This document shows, piece after piece, positions 37,581 through 45,600 of a stretch of DNA of 64,000 nt. Location: IMG/VR virus record IMGVR_UViG_3300032236_001613, positions 124,001-188,000 of that record, one strand, 5' to 3'. The translations under genes and the position numbers were made by a program. The notes under the pieces were generated by a model that saw only the letters and a program-made list of their open reading frames with translations, was not told the DNA's origin and did not search any database. Each line of letters opens with the position of its first letter. Position 1 is the first letter of the stretch.

Positions 37581-37894
37581 TGTTTAAGTTTCCGTGGCTT
37601 TGGAAAAAGCACAGCAAGAAAAAGAAACTTTATATTCCTATCCATCAACATTATGATATCTACCACAGAATTAGGGTAAGGGCTTCTGATGAATGGTGTA
37701 AAAATAATCCAGGAAAAAGTGTTGCGGATATGTACATTGACTATACATATCCACAGTCTCTATCTAAAATTTTTCTCCAATATACAGGAGTTAACATTAA
37801 ATTTAGTAGCGGGTTGCATAATGATGGAGAATCTTTCTTCGTATTCGACAATGAAGCAGCATACACTATGTTTTTATTAAAATGGTCATCATAA
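37580..37894 (+). CDS. Hypothetical phage protein
   Basis: 104 aa ending FLLKWS. Confidence 0.5.
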   Translation: MFKFPWLWKKHSKKKKLYIPIHQHYDIYHRIRVRASDEWCKNNPGKSVADMYIDYTYPQSLSKIFLQYTGVNIKFSSGLHNDGESFFVFDNEAAYTMFLLKWSS

Positions 37895-37903
37895 GGATAT
37901 TAT

Positions 37904-38287
37904 ATGTTTTACAATAACGACACCCATTATCATTTCTATTTAGGCACAGATCGTCGTCCGTTTTTTATTAAAAAATTATGGTGGAAATACATGACCGGAG
38001 TACGTGTTGCAGTTGCATGGCCAAAAACTCTTAATGACGATAAAAAACAGCCTGAATATAAAAAACTTAAAGACGATAATACAATACATGCTATTGTACC
38101 CACAGACGAATTAGACAAAGCTTATCGCCCGTGGCTAGAAAAACAAGCAGGCTATAAAGGCATAGATTGGGATTGGGAGATAGTTACAGAAAAAGACAGT
38201 GGCGATCAATTGTTAGGTAGACTTTATTTGAGATTTCGCAAAGGTAAAGAAAAATTAGCTACTATGGCGGTGTTAAAATGGAGTTAA
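37904..38287 (+). CDS. Hypothetical phage protein
   Basis: 127 aa ending AVLKWS. Confidence 0.5.
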   Translation: MFYNNDTHYHFYLGTDRRPFFIKKLWWKYMTGVRVAVAWPKTLNDDKKQPEYKKLKDDNTIHAIVPTDELDKAYRPWLEKQAGYKGIDWDWEIVTEKDSGDQLLGRLYLRFRKGKEKLATMAVLKWS

Positions 38288-38574
38288 TAGCAGATACTAT
38301 CGAGGAGCTCGAGTGGGTTATTTTACGTTGTAGCTCTGCAAAATATATTAAGTATATTACAAAAAATCATCGACTAGATCCTAACACTTTTCAAATAATG
38401 GTAGCATTTGGTTATGTACTTGAAATAAGTCCGCAGGATTATACAATGTGGGCATTGCGGTATTCTAACAAAGAAGAAAAACTTGAATATTTTTATGAAG
38501 ATGAAATGGCTGGTATTCAAGAAACAGTCGATAAAATAAAAAAATCATTTGACGAAAAAAATTATATTAAGTAA
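38278..38574 (+). CDS. Hypothetical phage protein
   Basis: 98-aa ORF overlapping the previous gene. Confidence 0.45.
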   Translation: MELIADTIEELEWVILRCSSAKYIKYITKNHRLDPNTFQIMVAFGYVLEISPQDYTMWALRYSNKEEKLEYFYEDEMAGIQETVDKIKKSFDEKNYIK

Positions 38575-38582
38575 TATAAATA
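38575..38582 (+). promoter_or_regulatory. T4-like late promoter TATAAATA
   Basis: Exact motif upstream of the Hsp20 gene. Confidence 0.55.
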
Positions 38583-38639
38583 TCGTTGTAGATGACCTAA
38601 AAGGCTCTACAATACATCTTACTTTATAAGGAGAAAAAA

Positions 38640-39083
38640 ATGAATAGCTTAGTAAGACAAGCACGTTTTGATACAAATACACTAAACGCTCTAAACAGAG
38701 CACTCGTAGGGTTTGATAATTTGTTTTCGCAGCATTTTGTTAATTCTGTAGAATCGAGTTATCCACCTTATAATATTTTAAAACGCGACAAGGATACTTA
38801 CGAGGTTCAGGTTGCTGTAACTGGTTTCGATTCAAAAGAGATCTCCGTTGAACTCGATCAGAATCAGTTAATTATTCGTGGAGAGGTTGAGGAAAAAGAT
38901 GACGAAAATGTACAGTACATTCATCGTGGTCTTGCTGGACGCAACTTTACCCGTGTACTGCAATTAGCAGAACATATCGAAGTTGGCGAGGTTAAGATTA
39001 AAAATGGTGTATTGCACATTGAACTTAATCACGTGATTCCCGAAGCGTTAAAGCCTCGGCTATTAAAGATTAAGTCGGAGTAA
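38640..39083 (+). CDS. Small heat-shock protein (Hsp20/IbpA family)
   Basis: SYPPYNI, YIHRGLAGRNFTR, NGVLHIEL. Confidence 0.95.
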   Translation: MNSLVRQARFDTNTLNALNRALVGFDNLFSQHFVNSVESSYPPYNILKRDKDTYEVQVAVTGFDSKEISVELDQNQLIIRGEVEEKDDENVQYIHRGLAGRNFTRVLQLAEHIEVGEVKIKNGVLHIELNHVIPEALKPRLLKIKSE

Positions 39084-39092
39084 TTTAAAACG

Positions 39093-39120
39093 GGGTAGGG
39101 AGTAATCCCTACCCTTTATT
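39093..39120 (+). terminator. Intrinsic terminator-like hairpin
   Basis: GGGTAGGGA-GTAA-TCCCTACCC followed by TTTATT. Confidence 0.75.
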
Positions 39121-39223
39121 ATGAAAATATTTCTCTCGATTTTACTTACATTAACTAGTATAATACCTGTACTAGTTTGTTACATATTAATAATTTTAGA
39201 AAACAAAAAAAACGGAGTTAATA

Positions 39224-39526
39224 ATGGGCGATACAGCCGTAGTAAGCAAAGAGACAGTTAAGAGTCGTATTAAAGAACCTAAGAAGTTTAAAGTTCTAAT
39301 ACTTAATGACGATTATACTCCTATGGATTTTGTTATTGCTATTCTTGTTACTGTTTTTAAACACCCAGAACCATCTGCTGTAAAAATTATGTTGCAAGTT
39401 CATAACGAAGGCAGTGGAGTAGCAGGTGTATATAACTACGAAATCGCAGAACAGAAAGGGATTGAAACTACCAATCTTGCCAAAGAAAACGGTTATCCAT
39501 TACAAATCAAGGTTGAACCTGTATGA
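39224..39526 (+). CDS. clpS: ATP-dependent Clp protease adaptor ClpS
   Basis: FKVLILNDDYTPMDFVI, MLQVHNEGSGVAG, YPLQ. Confidence 0.95.
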   Translation: MGDTAVVSKETVKSRIKEPKKFKVLILNDDYTPMDFVIAILVTVFKHPEPSAVKIMLQVHNEGSGVAGVYNYEIAEQKGIETTNLAKENGYPLQIKVEPV

Positions 39527-40065
39527 GTTTAAAAGATTTAACTAAAGATAGCCATACTGCTGCTGAAAAAACAAAATTCATGAAGGCAGTATTTAAAGGT
39601 ACTATGCCTTTGAATGTATGGGCAGATTGGACATATCAAAAGAGTTTATTTTATAATGCTATTGAAAGCTGCGCCGACGAATTAGATATTTTAAAAGATA
39701 TTCCAAATATTAAAAGAACTTTTTTGTTGCTTAAAGATTATAAAGAAATGGTAGCTGAGCACGTAACTCCCGCATATCGAAAAGTTACTTTAGATTATTA
39801 TCAATATATTATGAGTCTTTATCCTGATCGCGATCGTGTAATTGCACATCTTTATACATGGCATATGGGAGATTTGCACGGCGGACAAATGATTAAAAAG
39901 ATTTTGCCAGGTAGTCATAGTAATTTAGAATTTGTAGACTCTGCAACAACAATCTCTAATGTTAGAATGCTCTTAGACGACCGGCTAGCTAAAGAAGCTA
40001 ATATGGCATTTCATTGGGCAATTAGATTAATGGAAGACTATGAACCCTGGCTTGCCGGCGAATAA
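39523..40065 (+). CDS. Heme oxygenase
   Basis: LKDLTKDSHTAAE (proximal His) and HLYTWHMGDLHGGQMI distal helix. Confidence 0.9.
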   Translation: MSLKDLTKDSHTAAEKTKFMKAVFKGTMPLNVWADWTYQKSLFYNAIESCADELDILKDIPNIKRTFLLLKDYKEMVAEHVTPAYRKVTLDYYQYIMSLYPDRDRVIAHLYTWHMGDLHGGQMIKKILPGSHSNLEFVDSATTISNVRMLLDDRLAKEANMAFHWAIRLMEDYEPWLAGE

Positions 40066-40714
40066 AGTTATCGACTTTGCCGAAAAGTTTATTAGACGTC
40101 TAGAACAAAATTCTGACTGTATTAAAGAAGAACATCCGACATTAATTTGGCGTGATTACGTTTTTCATAGCGATACTTTTAGACGTGCTCACGTTAATAT
40201 AGTTGATGCCAGAGATACTAGAGGATTGTATCTTTTTCATTGTTGTATTTTTCCAAAGTTAAATGATACTAGTCCTATATTCGGGTTGGATATTATTGCC
40301 GGGGAAACTAAAATTAGCGGAGCCTTTCACGATTTTTCAAAAACAGTAGATCCTAATCATCCTATGATGTCATGGTTTGAAAATATTGTTAAAACATTAA
40401 GTTGGCGAAGGCCAAGAGAACTTCCAGAGTGGGCACAATCAATTTTTAGTCCTGCAATAATTGCTGCCGGTGCAATAAACACTGAAGAAGAAATTGATCA
40501 ATTAATTACATTCTCTCTAAATAGTTTAGATTATTATCTCGATAATGTTGGATTAACTACATTTCCAACCGGCAACTTTTCAAAAGAGCAAAATTTCTAC
40601 TGTCAGCAGCAAAAATTAAATCCTCATAATGCTCGTACTATGCAACATCTTGGACTCACTGCAGAAGAAGCAAACTATTTTGTCCAAAATGTCATGTTTC
40701 CCGAAGTTAAGTAA
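40040..40714 (+). CDS. Ferredoxin-dependent bilin reductase (PcyA/PcyX-like)
   Basis: FRRAH, FHCCIFP, PIFGLDII, RELPEWAQSIFSP, QNFYCQQQKLNPH; adjacent to the heme oxygenase. Confidence 0.88.
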   Translation: MNPGLPANKVIDFAEKFIRRLEQNSDCIKEEHPTLIWRDYVFHSDTFRRAHVNIVDARDTRGLYLFHCCIFPKLNDTSPIFGLDIIAGETKISGAFHDFSKTVDPNHPMMSWFENIVKTLSWRRPRELPEWAQSIFSPAIIAAGAINTEEEIDQLITFSLNSLDYYLDNVGLTTFPTGNFSKEQNFYCQQQKLNPHNARTMQHLGLTAEEANYFVQNVMFPEVK

Positions 40715-40786
40715 GTATTTAACGCAATATCTGCTAAGTTAAGTTTTATCAATGCTCCTGTAAATATTTACGTACAGGAGTAACCG

Positions 40787-41242
40787 ATGAAACATAAATT
40801 ACTTATTTTGTTAGCATTTTATGCTACTACATCATCGGCAGCTCTACCTGACTTTTCTTTTAAAAGCCCTTCGTTTAACGGGCAAGGTTATGGATCATAC
40901 CAAGTAACCTTAGAGAACGAAGCTTACACTCGTTCACAACAGATACAGCAAGCATTAGAAGCAGCAGCACAAGCTGCTAAAAATGCTGCTGCTAATACCC
41001 CGATTAATCAATTCCTTACAAATCTTGAATCAAGAATTTACGCACAGATAGGTCAAAATCTTGCTACAGCAATGTTTGCCGGCGGGGATAAGACTAGCGG
41101 TAGTATCGATTTTCAAGGTAACACAATCTTTTGGCAGCATAATGCTACCGATATTACACTACAAGTAACAGATAGCTTGGGTAATGTAACCACAATCACT
41201 GTGCCGTTAGGTTCATTTAACATAACAGGATCGGGGGTCTGA
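40787..41242 (+). CDS. csgF: Curli assembly CsgF-like protein
   Basis: Signal peptide then FSFKSPSFNGQG..LENEA..FLTNLESRIYAQI. Confidence 0.75.
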   Translation: MKHKLLILLAFYATTSSAALPDFSFKSPSFNGQGYGSYQVTLENEAYTRSQQIQQALEAAAQAAKNAAANTPINQFLTNLESRIYAQIGQNLATAMFAGGDKTSGSIDFQGNTIFWQHNATDITLQVTDSLGNVTTITVPLGSFNITGSGV

Positions 41243-41244
41243 TA

Positions 41245-42165
41245 ATGCGATTACTGACTTTACTTGCTAGCACATTAGTGCTAACAGGCTGCGCAACCAT
41301 GCAGAGATTTGATCAACTATCGAAAATAAAATACGATCCTACTCCAATGGCAGATACTATGCAAAGAGAGTTTGACCGCATGCCTGCACCTAAGAACGGA
41401 AAAATTACTGTAGCCATTTACAATTTCCAAGATAAAACTGGACAACGTAAAACAGTACCAGGCGTAGCTAGTTTCTCTACAGCAGTAACGCAAGGTGCTG
41501 ATGCATTTTTAATACGTGCACTTCAAGAAGTAGGACACGGAGAATGGTTTGATGTTGTTGAAAGAAGTAATATTGACGACTTAACTAAAGAAAGATTAAT
41601 TATTAAACAGATGCGAGATGCATACGAAGGTAAAGATGCAGAAAAACTTATGCCATTAACCTTTGCGGGAATCATATTAGAAGGCGGTATTGTAGGATAC
41701 GATAGTAGTTTAGAATCCGGCGGTTATGCTAACAATTGGTTAGGTACTGGTAAACAAACACAATACAGTAAAGATATTGTAACTATAAGCTTACGAGCAG
41801 TATCGGTAAACACTGGCAAAGTATTAGCATCTGTTAATGTAACTAAGATAGTATTAAGTACTGCTGATAGCTTCGCAGTATTAAAGATGAAGCATGATGG
41901 AACAGCACCTTTTGAATTAGAAGGTGGAATAACAATGAACGAAGCGCCTACTATTGCTGTAAAGACTACAATAGAAGCAGCAGTAATAGAATTAATCAAA
42001 GAAGGCGAGCGTAAATCTATTTGGGATTATAAAACGACTGCACAATCTCAAATACCACAATCTGCACCGTTGGAAGGAACACCAACGATACCTGTAGGAA
42101 TGAATAAAACACCTAAGGTACCTGCGGATGTTGCAGTCAAAACTGGCGACATAAAAAACTTTTAA
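41245..42165 (+). CDS. csgG: Curli secretion channel CsgG-like lipoprotein
   Basis: Lipobox LTGC; VAIYNFQDKTGQRK, FSTAVTQG, WFDVVER, EGGIVGYD. Confidence 0.9.
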   Translation: MRLLTLLASTLVLTGCATMQRFDQLSKIKYDPTPMADTMQREFDRMPAPKNGKITVAIYNFQDKTGQRKTVPGVASFSTAVTQGADAFLIRALQEVGHGEWFDVVERSNIDDLTKERLIIKQMRDAYEGKDAEKLMPLTFAGIILEGGIVGYDSSLESGGYANNWLGTGKQTQYSKDIVTISLRAVSVNTGKVLASVNVTKIVLSTADSFAVLKMKHDGTAPFELEGGITMNEAPTIAVKTTIEAAVIELIKEGERKSIWDYKTTAQSQIPQSAPLEGTPTIPVGMNKTPKVPADVAVKTGDIKNF

Positions 42166-42174
42166 GGAGCAGAA

Positions 42175-43089
42175 ATGAAAAAGTTAAACACAATTCTTGC
42201 AAGCTTTGTGGCCGCAACGTTATTCGGTGCAGCAGCATATGCAGGAGACAACACAATTTATATTAACCAATCTGGTAATAATACTAATGTAAACATTACA
42301 CAAGATGGTGCTAGCAACGTTGTACAAGGCATTTCGAATTCAAATCCGGATGCTTTACAAAACGCAGCAATCGTTAAAGGTAATAATAACATTGTTAATA
42401 TTAGCCAAATTGGCACAGGCGATACATTAAACTTTGGTGTGCAAACTAGCACTGGAACAAAATTAATCGGGAATAGCTTTAGTTACAGCGTGACCGGCAA
42501 TAATGCTAACGCTATTATCAATAGCAACAACGACGGGTTAGGCATTAGTGCTAACAACACTATTTCTGTTAATCAAACAGGCGATTCAGCATACACCAAT
42601 ATCAACATGCTAGGCGGAGGTAACTCGTTTACTGCTGTAACTGCAGGCGGCAATGGAAATATGATTTCTGCTGTTATTAACGGTACAAATAATGTTGACA
42701 CAGTTAGCATGGTCGGTGGTGCAAGCAATAGCTTTAGCTTAGGTCAAGGTAACGCAACATCTCAAACTATGAACGGTACAGTTAATGTATCAACTAATGG
42801 TGCAACCGATAACGTTACTATTAGCCAATTTGGCGGAGCAGTAGGTGACAGTGTTACAGTCGGCGGCTACAACTCAGTAGGACTTACTACAGTTGGAGCA
42901 TTCAACGGATCTGGTAACACAATGGTTATTGCTCAAAGCGGTGTTTATGACAACGCATTGACACTTGGCGGTAACGGTAGTAGTAATGTTTTCAATGTAA
43001 CTCAATCAGCTTTGGGAGGCAACAACCTTGCTAATATCCAAAGCAATGGAAGTAGCAATACATTTAACATAACACAAACACACCGTTGA
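42175..43089 (+). CDS. Curlin-repeat (CsgA/CsgB-like) secreted protein
   Basis: Signal peptide; repeated N-x-x-x-I/V-x-Q-x-G units; Asn/Gly/Gln/Ser-rich. Confidence 0.75.
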   Translation: MKKLNTILASFVAATLFGAAAYAGDNTIYINQSGNNTNVNITQDGASNVVQGISNSNPDALQNAAIVKGNNNIVNISQIGTGDTLNFGVQTSTGTKLIGNSFSYSVTGNNANAIINSNNDGLGISANNTISVNQTGDSAYTNINMLGGGNSFTAVTAGGNGNMISAVINGTNNVDTVSMVGGASNSFSLGQGNATSQTMNGTVNVSTNGATDNVTISQFGGAVGDSVTVGGYNSVGLTTVGAFNGSGNTMVIAQSGVYDNALTLGGNGSSNVFNVTQSALGGNNLANIQSNGSSNTFNITQTHR

Positions 43090-43090
43090 T

Positions 43091-44293
43091 ATGAAAAAGA
43101 TCCTACTGACGGCTATATTAGTTTCAATATCTTTGAACTGTATAGCCTCAGTAGGTCAAATTACTGAGATGTCACAAACACCTGCAGTAATACAAAGAAA
43201 TAAATCAACACTAACAGGTATAACTGGCACTGGCGTTGAAATGGCCGACGTAGTTAATACTAAGCATGGCAAAGTTGGCATTGTATTTGAAGACGATACT
43301 AAAGTACAAGTAAGCGAAGATTCAAAACTAGTAATCGACGATTTTGTTTATGACCCCAAAGGTAAAAAACCTAACCGCCTGGCCCTTAACATGGCATCGG
43401 GTACTGTTAGGTATGCATCAGGCGTTATTGCACATAGTAATCCTAACGCTGTAAATCTACGCACTCCTACTGCAACTATTGCAGTGCGTGGAACTGATTT
43501 CACTACTACAGTAGCCGAGCTAGGCGAAAGTACAATTATATTGTTACCCAGCTGCCCTAATGCTAATCCAATAGATTACGAAGTAGAGTGCAAGACAGGT
43601 AAAATCGAAGTAATAACAGATGCAGGATCAGTTACATTAGATAAACCATTCCAAGCAACAAAAGTTTTATCTGCAAATACGTTTCCTTTAAAACCTGTTA
43701 TTCTAAAATTAAATGAAAACGCTATTAGTAACATGTTAATACTTAGTCCTCCGCCGCAGATAAAAATGGCGCAAGAGCGTGCAGAAAGAGAAACAAAAGC
43801 AGGTGCTGCAACTTCTTTAATAACAACTACTACAAAAATTGACGCAGAAAAACCCACAGTTGAAACAGCTAATGTTGTAGCAGATTGGTCAGTTGATATC
43901 GAACATCCTGTTATAGCAACAGTGTCAGTAAAATCTACAGTAATTAAAGTAGAACCTGTTACACCTAGTGCATTTTTAGATAATGAAACTTTAAATATTG
44001 TATTAGACATGGTTAGTGTACAGATTAATGCAACTCCTACTAACAATAATTCTCTAACAACTACTCCTATTAAAAATACTATTATTCCTGATTACACACC
44101 TACAAGCGGAACAGTTGCTACTATCGATACTCAACAGGTAGAAATATGCCGTACAGACTTTAGTAATAACACAGTATGCGCAATTACTCCACGAGATCAA
44201 AGCAGCATAATTACGCAAACACAAGGTACAGTTACAGTCGTAAATAGAATTAATCAAGGTGGTAATACTGTTATAACCACAAGGCAAAACTAA
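43091..44293 (+). CDS. FecR-domain periplasmic protein
   Basis: Signal peptide; IVFEDDTKVQV, LNMASGTVR, TPTATIAVRGTDF. Confidence 0.85.
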   Translation: MKKILLTAILVSISLNCIASVGQITEMSQTPAVIQRNKSTLTGITGTGVEMADVVNTKHGKVGIVFEDDTKVQVSEDSKLVIDDFVYDPKGKKPNRLALNMASGTVRYASGVIAHSNPNAVNLRTPTATIAVRGTDFTTTVAELGESTIILLPSCPNANPIDYEVECKTGKIEVITDAGSVTLDKPFQATKVLSANTFPLKPVILKLNENAISNMLILSPPPQIKMAQERAERETKAGAATSLITTTTKIDAEKPTVETANVVADWSVDIEHPVIATVSVKSTVIKVEPVTPSAFLDNETLNIVLDMVSVQINATPTNNNSLTTTPIKNTIIPDYTPTSGTVATIDTQQVEICRTDFSNNTVCAITPRDQSSIITQTQGTVTVVNRINQGGNTVITTRQN

Positions 44294-45600
44294 TGAAACA
44301 GTTTTTCTTAACTTTATTATTGTTTCTATCTAGTACAGCACTAGCTGATGTTGGAGATTTACCTGGATTAACTTATACTAGCTATTACGAAACTGCCGGA
44401 GCCACACCCACACGCTCGACTACAGCGTATCCGGTAGCTACTACAGGAGTATTAAACACTTTCTATATTCCTAGTAGTGGAAGCATGTTAGGAGCTAGTA
44501 GAACTAATATGATTATGGTGCATATTACAGGCTATATGGAAATTATGCCTACTGCTAACCTAGCTGCAGGAACTAGTGTTAATGTAACCTTTTACGATCA
44601 AAGTGACGACGGGTTCAGTTTAGCTTTAAATGGAACATATGTAATTAACAATTGGAAAGAACAAGGGTGTAGTTGTTCGGTTAACTGGAACGGAGCATCT
44701 AACTCTAATGGGTCGACTACTATGGTGGTAGGGCAATTATACGCCGTTGATGCTTGGTATTATAATAATGGTGGCGGTTACGGTATGCAGTTGTATTGGA
44801 ACGTTGGAGGTTCTATTACTAATATTCCTGCCGGTGATTTATATAGAACTATTGTAACTTACTCTAGTAGTATAACTGCAGCACAACAAACTGACGTTAC
44901 TAGATTTAATAATACATCTATTTCAGGCAATGCTATCTACATAAGACAAAGCGGTAATAATGATAAAATTACTGTGCAGCAAATCGGGTCGAATAATTTA
45001 ATTACCGGAGTTGGGCAACAATTTGCTATTGTTCAAAACGGCAATAATACTATTAATATTAAACAAGGTAATCTTAATAATTTAGGAAAAAATGAAATAG
45101 ACCTTAGTGTAGTAGGCGGAAGCAATAGTGTTGCTATAACAGAAGGATATGATACTAATGGTACTAGTGCTGGTAATAACTATCAGCTAGTAGGTATTAA
45201 CGGAATAGGAAATACTGTTACAACTAGCCAAACTAACGACGGTGGTAGTGTAGGACATTTTTTAGAGGCTGTTGTTAATGGTAATTACAATACTGTAGGA
45301 ATTATTCAAAGTAATAACACACAAAAGCAGATATTTGCCAGCATCACAGGAAATAATAATACTATTACTACTAGCCAAACAGGTACAGGACAACATTATC
45401 TTAATATAACAGAAACCGGAAACGGCAATAGTGCTGTAGTTAATCAAAGCGGTAATACTAATAATGCTGCTACCATAGTACTAAATAATCAAGGAGCACC
45501 TGCGAGTGTTAATCTAACCCAAACAGGAGGTCAGGTTTACAGTATAACGCAAACATGCGTAACCACTTGCGGCACTGTTACTGTTAAGCAAGGACCTTAA
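44293..45600 (+). CDS. PA14-like domain plus curlin-repeat secreted protein
   Basis: Signal peptide; HITGYM..SDDGFSLALNGTYVINNW..WYYNNGGG (PA14-like); C-terminal curlin repeats. Confidence 0.7.
   Translation: MKQFFLTLLLFLSSTALADVGDLPGLTYTSYYETAGATPTRSTTAYPVATTGVLNTFYIPSSGSMLGASRTNMIMVHITGYMEIMPTANLAAGTSVNVTFYDQSDDGFSLALNGTYVINNWKEQGCSCSVNWNGASNSNGSTTMVVGQLYAVDAWYYNNGGGYGMQLYWNVGGSITNIPAGDLYRTIVTYSSSITAAQQTDVTRFNNTSISGNAIYIRQSGNNDKITVQQIGSNNLITGVGQQFAIVQNGNNTINIKQGNLNNLGKNEIDLSVVGGSNSVAITEGYDTNGTSAGNNYQLVGINGIGNTVTTSQTNDGGSVGHFLEAVVNGNYNTVGIIQSNNTQKQIFASITGNNNTITTSQTGTGQHYLNITETGNGNSAVVNQSGNTNNAATIVLNNQGAPASVNLTQTGGQVYSITQTCVTTCGTVTVKQGP

Noticed and set aside
42175-45600. DNA-level tandem repeats or a diversity-generating element in the curlin genes
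   Set aside because: The repeats are degenerate and only at protein level; no near-identical template/variable repeat pair or reverse transcriptase.
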